From the NCBI RefSeq assembly GCF_018977255.1, contig NW_024704742.1, positions 52,268,001 through 52,332,000 on the forward strand: a stretch of 64,000 bases of DNA. Direction: 5' to 3'. This stretch comes from Callorhinchus milii (lineage: Eukaryota). The notes below the pieces were generated by a model. It searched no databases. It worked only from the letters and a program-made list of their open reading frames with translations, and had not been told where the DNA came from. Every line of letters begins with the position of its first letter. Positions within the stretch are counted from its first letter, which is position 1. Positions 25,020 to 37,372 of the stretch are shown in pieces. The position numbers were made by a program, and so were the translations under genes.

Positions 25020-25812
25020 TATCTGCCCAGGCACTGACAGCATCACCAGCCATGGATGCACACTCCACCTTAAGTCAGTCCGGAACCTTGGCATCTTGTT
25101 TGACGCTCAACTATCCTTTCTACCCCACATCTGTGCCATGACCCGTTCTGCCTTCCCCCATCTCCACAATATCGCCCGGCTCCGCCACTGTCTCACACCG
25201 CAGGCCGCTGAAACCCTCATACATGCATTCAAGGCTTGACTATGCAATTTCCTTGCTTGTCGGCCTCCCCAACTCCTCCTTCTATGCATAGGCTGCAGAT
25301 CCTCTGGAACTCTGCAGCCCATGTGCTTTCCCGCACCAGGCTCCGTGATCCTATCACCCCCATCCTCACCTGACTCCACTGGCTTCCCATCTCACAGAGG
25401 ATACAGTTCAAGATCCTGGTCCTCACCTTTAAAGTCCTCCATGGCCTTGCTCCCCCTTACCTCTGCGACCTCCTAACCCTCGACCATCCTGCCAACTACC
25501 TTCGCTCAGCGGGCTCTGGCCCTCTTCATGTCCCCCACCTCATCCGCCCCACTATTGGCGATCGGGCCTTACCCCACCCTCTGGAACTCCATCCCACAGT
25601 CCCTCCACCTCGTCCCCTCCCTCGCCTTGTACAAGACCCATCTCAAGACCCTGCTCTTCGATCGTGCTTTCGATCACCCTGCTTCCCCCCCTGCCCTCCA
25701 CCGTCCTCAATCCCGACCCCCAGTTCGGGTCCGAAACTCTGTCTTTCCAGCGCCTTGGGACATCCTCCCGAAGTGAAAGGCGCCATACAAATGTAATGTT
25801 GTTGTTGTTGTG
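25020..25812 (+). mobile_element. L2 LINE 3' fragment
   Basis: VRNLGILFD...HLHNIARLR...AAETLIHAF, frameshifted; (TTG)n tail. Confidence 0.88.
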
Positions 25813-26562
25813 TTGCTGCCCTTTTTTCTTATGGTCAATAAAGCCCTACTTTCTATCATGTTAGGTCACTTTGGATCACAATATCCTCAGATCATAACTT
25901 TATTTTAAATTTGAACAGATCCGCGAAAAAAATTGAGCACGATCTGCAACATTCCAAGTGGAGCCTGAAAAAAATGGCTTTGCAAGGGGTAGTGTAATGG
26001 GATTTGCAAAAGAGTAACAAAGGATCAATTGCACTAATAGTGTTTAATTTGTAACACTGTATTTCTTAACAGGATTCCTTAATAATAAAGAAGGACTCTC
26101 CATTTATGGGTCTCGAATTCCTTATTAAAAAATCCCAATAAGAAATACTACAAAATTGACTTTAACCTTTAACACTTTTGAATCAGCTGAAGGTGAAATT
26201 CCACTTGGTCGTAATGACAATACATTTAATAATAATAATAATCCTTGCATTTGATATAGCACCTCATCACATAGTTAAATTGTCTCAAAGTGCTTCACAA
26301 TTTATATTGTAAAGTGGATTCACTGTGTATTTTGTGGGCGAAACGTGGCAGTCAATTGCACACAACAATGTCCCGCAAACAGTCGGGGATTGAGTGATCA
26401 AATTTTTTGTTTTGTTTGTTTGTCATGCCATGGCATATTAATCAATATGGAATACACTACACAACTGAATAAATTGAATTCAATATTACTGCATCAGGGG
26501 AGTCTGTTATTTCTCTGCTCAGCAGACAAAAGAATCAGAAATTGCTCAAACTGTTAATGTTA

Positions 26563-26795
26563 CAACAACATCAAAAAAATTACATTTATAGAGCGCCTTT
26601 CACGTCGGGAGGACGTCCCAAAGCACTGAACAGTCAGATGCCGGGACCTGAGCATGGGGGAGGGGTGGTGTAAGGGTGAGGGAAGGCAGAGAGGTGGGAG
26701 GGAGACCAAAGGCATGGTCGAAGAGAAGGGTCTTGTGACCGGCCTTGAAAGAGGCAAGGGAGGAAGCGAGGCAAAGTGACCGTGGGATGGAGTTA
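26563..26795 (-). mobile_element. L2 LINE 3' end
   Basis: Tail TTATAGAGCGCCTTTCACGTCGGGAGGACGTCCC shared with the other L2 copies. Confidence 0.82.
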
Positions 26796-27014
26796 CCAAA
26801 TATGTTGAGCTAGGTAGACAAGGGTAATTTACCATTCAAGTTAGTTACGTTGTATAGTGCTAGATTAGAATCATGATTTTATTGAGATGTGTGAATGTCA
26901 TTCGTGTTCAAAACCCAAACAAAAATTAATATTAATTGCACAAGCAAAGCAATTTACATTGATAAGACTCTGTTAAAGTTGATTAAAGAGACAGTATCCA
27001 GTATTGGGCATTGA

Positions 27015-28345
27015 GAACAACAATAATTTGCATTTATATAGTGTCTTTCATGCGGGGTAGTGCGTTGGAGCTCTTAACAGGGGTAGGGAGGAAGTGACTG
27101 TAAGCACGGTCGACAAGCAGGAGGCCGGAGCCAGGCAAGCGGAGGCAACGGGTAGTGGAGTGGGGTGTAAGCATGGCAGAGGTGGGAAAGCATAACAGGA
27201 TTTGTAGATGAATGTGAGGATCTTGAAGTAGATCCATTCTCTGATAGGGAGCCAGTGGAACCTGGCGAGGACTGGTGTGATGGAGGTACGGAGTTTAGAG
27301 TTGGTGTGTATGCAGGCAGAAAATTCCGAATTTGTTGGAGTTTGTGGATAGTGCGGCTGGGGAGATCGATGAAGAGGACATTGGAATAGACAAGGTGGGA
27401 GGTGACGAAAGCATGGATGGTACAGTCAGAGGCGGGCAATGTGACGGAGGTGGAGGAAAGCAGTCTTGGTTATGTATTGGTTCTGGGGTAGGAAGCATAG
27501 CTGAGGATTGAACCTGGGGCACAGATTACACACAGGTTCAGTAAGTCTTAAGGAAAGGCCAGCGCGGTTGAGGAGGTCAAGGCCGCAGGAAAGAAGACTT
27601 TGACAGGAGCCAAGGAGTACAGCTTCCATTTTGTTGATGTTCAACTGCAGGAAGTTTGCATTCCTCCAGGTGTTGATGTCCGACAAGCAAGCTGACATAA
27701 TATCAGCAGACCACAATTCACAGCTGGAGGAGGAGAAGTAGATGTGTGTGTCAACCGCCCTATGCCTGCTGTTGACATCATAGAGAGTGAGCAAAAATGA
27801 GCAAAAGAAGGGGTAAAGGATGGAGCCTTGGGGTACCCCACAGGTGACTGTGTGGAGCCGGGAGGAAAAAATGTTTGTGGAGACGAAGTGATGGCGGTTT
27901 GTTACGTAGGACTCGAACCAAGTGAGTGCAGTCCCACTAAGGTGGATGAGGGAAGAGAGGCATTGGAGCAGGATGCCATAATTGACAGTATCAAACGCAG
28001 TGGAGAGGTTCAGGAGGACGAGGAGTCAGAGGGAGCTCTGGTCACAGAGACAGAGGATGTCATTTGTGACTTTGACGAGTGCTGACTCTGTGCTGTGGGC
28101 AGGATGTAAACTGGGCTAAAGGGGCTTTAGTGCTTTAGTGGGGAATGGAGGGCAAGGTATGAGTGAAGTTGATTTGAAACAATGCACTCCAGAGCTTTGG
28201 AAAGGAAAGGCAAGTTGGAAATGGGCCAGTAGTTTTTCAGACTGGAGGGTTCAAGGGTGGGTTTTTTGAGGAAGCGAGTGATGCGGCTTTGAGGAGTGGG
28301 ACAGATCCTGAGGAGAGGGAGTGGTTGATTATGTGAAGGCACGTT
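27015..28345 (-). mobile_element. Decayed L2 LINE with RT remnants
   Basis: PISNLPFLSKALE, NFLQLN.NK.E and AFLHLRHIARL motifs on minus, with many stops and frameshifts. Confidence 0.82.
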
Positions 28346-28714
28346 GCCAGGAGTATTTTCAGACCTGGCATTGCTAAGTTTATTGATTGGGAACAGTTAA
28401 ACTGTAGAAATAGCAGGGAATTATTTGAATTCTTTGATTTTAGTCACGAAACACAACTTTTTGAAATAAAGCTGGCTGGGGTTTGCATGCTCAGCAGAAT
28501 GCAATGGAAAGTTTGTACTATTTTGGTTTACTCTTCCATCAGTCTAAATGCAAAGTTGCTTGTCTAGATGTTAATAGGTAATTTGCTGTTTGGCACAAGG
28601 TTTGCATAATGAAATTAAAAAAAGGAGAAAACAAAGGACTTATTCTGAAGTGTTGCTGGAGACGATTTTATTGGAGAGGAATCGTTCAAATCAGAAGTTA
28701 AACAAAATAGTTTG

Positions 28715-29115
28715 CTTCTTCAAAATCCTCATCCTCACCTTCAAAGCCCTCCATGGCTTTGTTCCTCCTTACCTCTGTGACCTGCTAACTCCATGTAGAC
28801 CTGTCCACTCTCCCTGCTCAGCGGGCACCGGTCTGCTCCACATCCCCCATCATAGGCGAGCCTTCAGCCTCTCTGCCTCCACTCTGTAGCAACTCCATCC
28901 CACATTCCCTTCACCTCGCCCACTCCCTTGCCTTCTGCAAGGCCAATCTGAAAACCCTCCTCTTCGACCATGCCTTCAACCACCCTCCTATCCCTATCCT
29001 TCCTGCCATCCATCCCTCCCAATCCTAACCCCCAGCTCGGGTCCAAATCTCTGGCTGTCCAGCGCCTTGGGACCTACTTCTGGCATGAAAGGCGCTATAC
29101 AAATGTAATTTGTTG
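28715..29115 (+). mobile_element. L2 LINE 3' fragment
   Basis: FKILILTFKALHG..PPYLCDLL and the shared tail. Confidence 0.85.
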
Positions 29116-29144
29116 CTAGTGTTTTATTATCTATTCATTTATTT

Positions 29145-29310
29145 GAAGGGATTATTACCCCCAGAAAAGCAATCTGCCTAGCAACTAACAAACTGGGTTC
29201 CTACTTACTGCTGGGTAAACAGAGAGGTGTGGAGTAAGGAAATTTACCTAACGTTTCACCCCACCTGCGACTCGAAGTTGGATCCTTTCGCTTGCAAGGC
29301 GAGTACTCGC
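29145..29310 (-). mobile_element. tRNA-SINE 5'/middle fragment (older variant)
   Basis: Contains the reverse complement of TTTCCTTACTCCACAC...TGTTTACCCAGCAGTAAGTAGGAACCC. Confidence 0.7.
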
Positions 29311-30784
29311 CTATCCCATTGGTACTATCGCATATACCACTGGTCCTGCAAAGTTCTCGATGCAAGTTAGTGCAGACAACTAATGCTAAAATGCATGTTA
29401 TATTGGAAATGGAGTCACATATCTGAACAGTGGTTATCTTCACCTTCCAACATTGTTTTAATGGCACCATAAAAGTTTAAATCAGGACACTCAGCAAATA
29501 GTCAACATACCAGAATCCGTCACAGATCATGAAATCACCCATTGAGTTGTGATCACCAAAGCCAAAACTCCATGTCAAGGCCAAAACGATTATTTCCTGC
29601 AGTGAATGTTCACAGGGTTCACACACTTGCAGAGTTTTTCTTTTTTTTTAATTATAGCTTGTTTTGTAAATAATGTAGTTAGATGGAGCAGGAAACAATC
29701 TACCTTGTGAAAGGTATTGCCCCATGTCTTTTATCACTGATTTGAATAACTGCATTAGAGAAGACTGATGAAAATGTCCAAATTTGCACACAACCTGAAA
29801 ATGGCTTCCTCAATTCATAGTGAGAATCCAGAGTTATCATAACATTGTCCCTGTAGATTCTCAGCCACCAGTGTACTAGATGTGGTACTAGATGTGAGGT
29901 AGGAACAGCAACAAGGAATCAATAGCCACCAACAGATCAAACGTAGAGTTTAGGAGGATCTTTCCACAGATGATGGTGAGAATATTGAATATAAAGCCAT
30001 GGTTGAAACAGTAAGCATCAGTGTATTTAAGAGAAACAACAGTGGATACATCAAAGAGAAAGGAATAGAGGAATATGTTGTTAAATGGGTTTGAGAAATG
30101 ACTTAGTGATTTCTCTGTGAATTGTTTTGTGAAGCTTTGTGGATTCTTTGGAGTGCTGCTTGCCACAGCTGAAGCATTGTGTGTGTGCTGGCTGATGATC
30201 AGAAACCTTCATTTCATTCAGAAATCCCTCATGGTTCTCTTGCCTGCACTCAGAAGGCATATTAACATTCAGAAAATATACTTTGTTCAAAAGACTGGAA
30301 GTGAGAAACTGGTAGGATTATTTGCTGGGAGTACAGGACAATGTAATGAAGTTACACTTGTTGAATAATACACAACATATGTCCACATCCTCAAGTACCA
30401 AATACCATCTGTTTTCTATGGAAACTAAACGGTAGTTTCGCTTGCAGCTACAGCTCTAGGAGGGTCATTCTCTACTCGGTAAATTTACAGCTTTAGTGGT
30501 GTGCACTCATAATGAGGTATAACCTTTCCTCAACCTCCCACAGCTAATTGCTGGGCTCTACTATGTTTCAGATTGAGGCTACAGTATATCTAACCTCACA
30601 TTTATATACCAGAATGAAATGCAATTCAGGTTTGCCTCTAACAAGGTCAAACCTTCATCTATTTCACTATCTGATTTAACAATGTTACATTTAAATTAAT
30701 ACGATAAAAGGTAACAATCATGAAACAACATTTCTTACACTCTAATTTAATTGCTTGTGCAATTAATGCATGAAATCATACTTT

Positions 30785-32784
30785 ATATTTTTCCTCTGGA
30801 GTTCCCATTTTTTCCCGTTTCTCCTCTGGATTTCTCATTTCTTCTCGTTTCTTCTCTGGATTTCCCATTTCGTCTCGTTTCTCCTCTGGATTTCCCATTT
30901 CTTCACGTTTCTCCTCTGGATTTCCCATTTCTTCATATTTTTCCTCAGGATTTCCCAATTTCTCCTCGTTTCCCCTCTTGATTTCCCATTTCTTCTCGTT
31001 TCTCCTCTGGATTTCCCATTTCTTCATATTGTTCATTTGGATTTCCCAATTTCTCCTCGTTTCTCCTCTGGATTTCCCGATTTCTCCTCGTTTCTCCTCT
31101 GGATTTCCCATTTCATCTTGTTTCTCCTCTGGATTTCCCATTTCTTCTTGTTTCCCCTCTGGATTTCCCATTTCTTTTTGTTTCCCCTCTGGATTTTCCA
31201 TTTCTTCCCGTTTCTCCTCTGGATTTCCCATTTCTTCCCGTTTCTCCTCTGGATTTCCCATTTTGTCTTGTTTCTCCTCTGGATTTCCCAATTTCTCCTT
31301 GTTTCTCCTCTGAATTTCCCATTTCTTCTCGATTCTCCTCTGGATTTCCCATTTCTTTTCGTTTCTCCTCTGGATTTCCCATTTCTTCTCGTTTCTCCTT
31401 TGAATTTCCCATTTCTTTCTATTTTTCCTCTGGATTTCCCATTTCTTCCTGTTTCTCTTCTGGATGTCCCATTTCATCACGTTTCTCCTCTGGATTTCCC
31501 ATTTCTTCATATTTTTCCTCTGGATTTCCCAATTTCTCCTTGTTTCTCCTCTGGATTACTCATTTCTCCTTGTTTCTCCTCCGGATTTCCCATTCCTTCT
31601 TGTTTCTCCTCTGGATTTCCCATTTCTTTATATTTTTCCTCTGGATTTCCCATTTCTTCCCTTTTCTCCTCTGGATTTCACATTTCTTCTCGTGTCTCCT
31701 CTGGATTTCCCGTTTCTTCATATTTTTCCTTTGGATTTCCCAATTTCTCCTTGTTTCTCCTCTGAATTTCCCATTTCTTCTCGATTCTCCTCTGGATTTC
31801 CCTTTTCTATTCGTTTCTCCTCTGGATTTCCCGTTTCTTCTCGTTTCTCCTTTGCATTTCCCATTTCTTTCTATTTTTCCTCTGGATTTCCCATTTCTTC
31901 CTGTTTCTCTTCTGGATGTTCCATTTCATCACGTTTCTCCTCTGGATTTCCCATTTCTTCATATTTTTCCTCTGGATTTCCCAATTTCTCCTTGTTTCTC
32001 TTCTGGATTACTCATTTCTTCTCGTTTCTCCTCTGGATTTCCCATTTCTTTATATTTTTCCTCTGGATTTCCCATTTCTTCCCTTTTCTCCTCTGGATTT
32101 CACATTTCTTCTTGTGTCTCCTCTGGATTTCCTGTTTCTTCATATTTTTCCTTTGGATTTCCCAATTTCTCCTCGTTTCTCCTCTGCATTTCCCATTTCT
32201 TCTCATTTCTTCTCTGGATTTCCCATTTCTTCTCGTTTCTCCCTTGGATTTCCATTTCTTCTCGTTTCTCCTCCGGATTTCCCATTTCTTTATATTTTCC
32301 CTCTGGATTTCTCATTTCTTCCCGTTTCTCCTCTGGATTTCCCATTTCTTAATATTTTTCCTCTGAATTTCCCAATTTCTCCTCGTTCTCCTCTGGATTT
32401 CCCATTTCTTCATATTTTTTCCCTTAATTTCCCAATTTCTTCTTGTTTCTCCTCTGGATTTCTCATTTCTTCCCGTTTCTCCTCTGGATTTCCCATTTCT
32501 TTATACTCATCCTCTGGATTTCCTATTTCTTCCCTTTTTTCTCTGGATTTCCAATTTCTTCTCGTTTCTCCTCTGGATTTCACATTTCTTCATATTTTTC
32601 CTTCGGATTTCCCAATTTCTCCTCGTTTCTCCTCTGGATTTCCCAATTTCTCGTTTTTCCTCTGGATATCCCATTTCTTCTTGTTTCTCCTCTGGATATC
32701 CCATTTCTTCTCGTTTCTCCTCTGGATTTCCCATTTCTTCTCGTTTCTCCTCTGGATTTCCCATTTCTTCTCATTTCTCCTCTG
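30785..32784. repeat. 30-31 bp minisatellite array, ~66 units, with higher-order structure
   Basis: Consensus TTTCTCCTCTGGATTTCCCATTTCTTCTCG repeated over ~2 kb; strongly pyrimidine-rich on +. Confidence 0.97.
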
Positions 32785-32944
32785 GGAGAGAAACCCCAGT
32801 TGCTTCGTTGATTGGCCAACAGTGTAAAGACCATTGAAATGGGCAGAGTGTTCGTTCATGCCCTTTATAACTCATAATAGTTGAATTCTAGTGTAATAAC
32901 ATTTGGGAGACCAAAAGTGATGGTCATTAACTATAACATCAATT

Positions 32945-33350
32945 GTTGCATTGGATATAGGGCCTTATAATATTATCAGAATGTCTCAAAAGCCCTTCAC
33001 AGGACCCACTGTAAAATGTGGTGACTGTATTCGTAGATGATCACAGTAGCTGATTTGCACACAGCAAAGTTTTGTAGTCATGGAGTTAATGACCAATTTT
33101 ATCTGAGGGGTTGTTATAAATGAGAAGACATTCCCTTCTTTTTTTCGAATGGCATCTTTAATGTCCACAATAACTGGTAGACAGAACCTATGTTTAACAC
33201 ACTCAAAAGATGGCACCTCTGACAGTGCAGACCTCTTCAGCATGACACTGGAGTGTCAGACTAAACTCTGAACTCGAAGTTCCAATGTCGGGCACAGCCC
33301 ACCCCCAACCTTTGACTTAGTCAAGAGTGCCACAAACTGACCCAGGTTGT
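32945..33350 (-). mobile_element. Older Deu-domain SINE, head-to-head with 33497-33915
   Basis: Reverse complement shows the same head, core and tail order. Confidence 0.7.
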
Positions 33351-33496
33351 CAATGAACTAAGATGGAGGATTTGCACTTATTTATCACTTATTGAAATCA
33401 ATTAATGTAAAGTTGTTATATCAACAAGACTAACACTTCACTATTATTGCACTTCAAATGTGTTTGACTATTTGTTGAAAGATGTTGTTGCCATCT

Positions 33497-33915
33497 TGTC
33501 AGCTGGGCTCAGTTGTTCGCATTCTGACCGGTGAGTCAGAAGGTTGTAAGTTCATTCCCCACATTAGGACTTTGAACTTACAGTCCAGGCTGGCACTCCA
33601 GTGCATTTCTGGTGTCCCACTACATCACCATAGCTGCTATCCTTCAGATCAACCATTAAACTTAGGTCATACCTACTTGTTCAGGTGACCATGAATAATC
33701 TGATGGCACTATTTCAAAAACAAAAGGGAGGTTCTCCCAGTGTCCTGGCCAACAATACCCCAAATGAAATTGGTTATTCACTTCATGGTTGTTTGTAGTA
33801 CAATGTTGGATGGAACTTGGCTGTCATGTTAGCCTACAAAATCCACAGTACAGAAAAGCTTATGAAGCGCTTTGATATGCCCTCCTGAAGCGAAAAGCAC
33901 TATATCAAATGCAAT
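33497..33915 (+). mobile_element. Older Deu-domain (SacSINE1/AmnSINE1-like) SINE
   Basis: tRNA-like head, Deu-like core (TTCAGGTG...ATGGCACTATTTC...GTTCTCCCAGTGTCCTGGCCAAC) and L2-type tail. Confidence 0.75.
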
Positions 33916-35753
33916 GAGGAAACCAAAATGTTGAGACTGAATTTTGAATATTGCATGCACGTTTTCTGAATTTCACTGAAAAAGATTTTGATACCAACCG
34001 GAGATAATTCAGTGAAGAGCCCAAGGAGGCTTCTGGGATTTAGAGTTCTAGGTTATGATAAGGGATTGGGATAATTTGTTCTATTTGCCAATTTGAAAAA
34101 TCTTATATCAAGCCTTGGGTATGTGAATCTTCTGTCTCGCACTAGATAGTAGTCTGATAAGTATTAGCTAAAACTAAAAANCTGAACTTGAAAAGCTGTT
34201 TCGCAGCATTTTCCACTGCATGAGCAGAACAATTCAAAAGAAGAAATGTAACTTTTTTTAAAAAAACAGGGTTCAACAACAACTTGGATTTATACAGCGC
34301 CCTCCACAATGGACGGTATCTCAGAGCGCTTCTCACATTGAGAGTCAGAGAGACACAACCTACATAGGAGGATTAACCCACAGTGGAAGAATGAATTGTG
34401 GTCCGAAGGATAACAAAGAGAGAAGAGGTAATTCCCCAAGTGCAGAATAACTTACATTGTGGATATGGTATGTATATATATATATATACAGAGAGAGAGA
34501 CAGGTTGCTTTATCTCCTCCCACAAAGGAAAATAACCATTCGGAACCAGATCATTCAGGGAAGCACAGGACACAAGAAAGTGGCAGAATCGCAGTATTCA
34601 AGTTGGTGACCTTAAAACTGGAATTCATCCTATTTACAGCACCTTTGTCTATCAAATAATTTGCATTTTCTGGTACTTCATAATGAATACATCATGTGGT
34701 TTATTAATTATTTGCATGCATGATGCCCACATTTGCATTTGTCGTTTTCAAAACTAGACTAGCTAAAAGACTAGCTAAAAGTAACTAGTCACTAAATAGC
34801 TGAATTGAATCTGCAGAACCTAATTTAGGTGAATTCAAACAGTGAGGTTTGGTTTAAAATGTAAATATTTTATTTCAAATCAATGCATATAACTGAATGC
34901 AGCAAGGCACTTTTTTATAAGAAAATTATGTTACTTGTATTAAAAAGTTTAAGCATTAATGTTCCATTGTTGATCATTACGTTCGGTTATAAGTTAGATG
35001 GAGGTAGAATAATAATATTTTAAAGGGAGCTATTTTAAAATTGTCAGACTTGAAGGCATCTGAAGTAGTTTTACATCATAAATGCATATACTGCCAGAAC
35101 ATTATCTTAACATCAGGGTAAGGTATCGAATAATATATAAATTGAAATCCTGTAATGCAATTTTGAAATTCCTGAGAAGAGCTTTAAGACATCTTGATAT
35201 GATAAGGACAACATAGCAAATATAGGATTATTATTATTCAAATTCAAATCTCAATGAATGTGGATCAGGTAATTAACCCATTCTCATGAATTTAATGATG
35301 TGTTATGATCATGTTGGTGAAGGCGGAAAGTTTAGATCAGAGCTGAAGACGACTTTTTTTTATTTACTCGAGTTGTTTATTCTGGTTAAAAAAATCTTTA
35401 AAAGAATAGCATTTTTATGATAAAATCTGTTCTTCCAGTAGAAGGCTGAAACGCTTATCTACACATGCAAGTTGTCATATGTTTACCCATGTTACTGGTT
35501 TGTGTTTTACATTTGGTGGAGTTCAGTTGGCTCTCCCCAAAACAAATTTTGCCTTCCCTTTTCCATGGTGGCTAACGCCACTGATATCCAATTTGATTTA
35601 GCATTTACACTGATCCAATGTGCTACTACTGCCTGCCAGCTTCAGGAAATTGTATGTCCAATTGTTGGTCAATTTTATTCAAGGAAAACGCTTTAGAAAA
35701 TGGCAACCTGATGAAAAAACTCCAGACATGTCGGAAATCTACAGCTTGTCAAA

Positions 35754-35979
35754 CAGCATCTGAAAGAAAACGCAAAATACTGCAGATTCTGGAAATCTGA
35801 AACAAAAACAGAAGTCGCAAGGAACGCTCAGCAGGTCAGGCAGCATCTATGGCTAAAGGAAAGTGAGTCAAAGTTTCGGGTCGTGGACCCAGCAGCATCT
35901 ATGGTCATTCTCCATAGATGCTGCCTGACCTGCTGAGTGTTCCCAGCGACTTCTGCTTTTGTTTCAGCATCTGAAAGAA
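35754..35979. mobile_element. Penelope-derived foldback insertion with ~55-bp inverted arms and a 15-bp TSD
   Basis: Direct repeat CAGCATCTGAAAGAA at 35754-35768 and 35965-35979. Inverted arms CTGAAACAAAAACAGAAGTCGC...CAGCAGGTCAGGCAGCATCTATGG / CCATAGATGCTGCCTGACCTGCTG...GCGACTTCTGCTTTTGTTTCAG. Confidence 0.72.
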
Positions 35980-36413
35980 TGTTGGTCAAGTGTCTTAGCC
36001 AAGCATTCGCTCTTAATTTGGCTTGACCAAATGCTGTTTCAAACAAAAGTATTCCAGATAGCAGCTTAAGGTAGGGGTGGGAATGTGGTCCTTTGTATCC
36101 TCTATTTTTAGGTTAGTATTTGTGGGAAATGAGCGTGGGCCCAGAGCTCAGTTTACTTTTTACATTTGTTTCACGGACATGTGCCCTAGGGACTTGCTTT
36201 ACCTTGGTTATTAAGTTGACATATGTCCTTAATTAATCATCATCATGGACAAAAAAAAAATTTGGAGGAGAGGAACTGGATACCATCAAATTGGACATCA
36301 GGAATGAAAATGAATGTGCATTGTGGTAACAATGGGGGGAGTGGGGTAGGGAAATGTGCAGTTGATGCAGGTCAGGTTGACCTGGACTAAATGCGATCCC
36401 TTTGGAACTCTGT

Positions 36414-36750
36414 GGAGTCCTGTAGCTCAGTGGTTAGAGCACTCGCTTTGCAAGTGAGAGACCTGAGTTCAATTCCAGGCAGGTCAGGGCGAAACCTTAG
36501 GCAAGTTTCCTTATTCCACACAGAGCCTAATAATAATCCCTCCAAAAAAAACAAAGCAATAATAAATTGGTCATTTTCAATCTACGACTGTTTGTGGGAC
36601 ATTGCTGTGCGCAATTGGCTGCCGCATTCGCCCACAAATATACAGTCAATTCACTTTACAGTATGTTCTGTGAAGCGCTTTAGGACATCCTCCCGACGTG
36701 AAAAGCGCTATATCAAAATACAAGGATTATTATTATTATTATTATTATTA
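36414..36750 (+). mobile_element. Full-length young tRNA-derived SINE with L2-type 3' tail and (TTA)n end
   Basis: tRNA-like head GGAGTCCTGTAGCTCAGTGGTTAGAGC...TTGCAA...GAGTTCAATTCC (A and B boxes). Tail GGACATCCTCCCGACGTGAAAAGCGCTATA is shared with the local L2 LINE 3' ends. Confidence 0.9.
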
Positions 36751-37372
36751 TAAAGCATCAGAATTTTTTTTCAGTGCAGACACTATCAACCAGACTAATA
36801 GTCGGTTTGATAAGCCCATAGATCACACACACACACACACACTGCCTTTGAGAAACAGGATAAAATATGCATTTCCTGCCTTCACTAACATGTGTAGGAG
36901 CGATTGTGCGCGTTTATAAACCACCACTGTTTCAACCCAAAGCGACTGGACTATAGCCCACATCTGCACTCTACACTGTGCAGCTGGAATATCCATCTGT
37001 TTACCTTTTGCATGTGGCCGACAGCAGCTGCAGTTTCAGTGACTGCGAGTATAATTTCATTAAAATGACTTTAAATTCAATCCCAGGGAGATTGTTGGTG
37101 GTGGTGGTGGTGGTTGGCTGGCTGGCGGTTATTGAAATATAACTCTTTTTGCACATTAAACAAAAGCAACAGTGTTAAGTTCAACAATAGGGCATCTCAT
37201 AACTCAGTCCAAAAAAAAGGGGAAACGCGTCACAGGGTGAAGGCTGTGAAAACTGAATGGGAGCAGCAGCCCAGAGCAGAGCAGAGCAGATCTGAGCTGA
37301 GCTGAGCTGGGACTTAGCAAAGCTTGTCAGGAGTTTTAACTGCTGCAGGTGAATCAATGCAATACATCCCCA
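36750..37372 (+). promoter_or_regulatory. Putative KIT promoter / 5'UTR region
   Basis: Unique sequence just upstream of the probable exon 1. It contains TGATAA (GATA), TTTCCTG (ETS), AACCAC (RUNX-like) and CATCTG/CAGCTG/CATGTG E-boxes; CpG density rises across exon 1. The TSS cannot be placed from sequence alone. Confidence 0.45.

Noticed and set aside
30785..32784. CRISPR-like array of ~30-bp repeats
   Set aside because: Units are directly adjacent with no unique spacers, there are no cas genes, and the context is vertebrate intergenic DNA
30751..32859. Many long ORFs (up to 331 aa) on both strands
   Set aside because: They are translations of the 30-bp minisatellite, with no splice context or domain
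15767..34181. Single N bases at 15767, 24425 and 34181
   Set aside because: All sit at the end of homopolymer runs and reflect consensus ambiguity, not biology
36414..36490. tRNA-Ala-like gene (also at 9926, 20574, ~39590 and ~54065)
   Set aside because: The acceptor stem does not close and each head continues into a SINE body, so these are SINE heads, not tRNA genes
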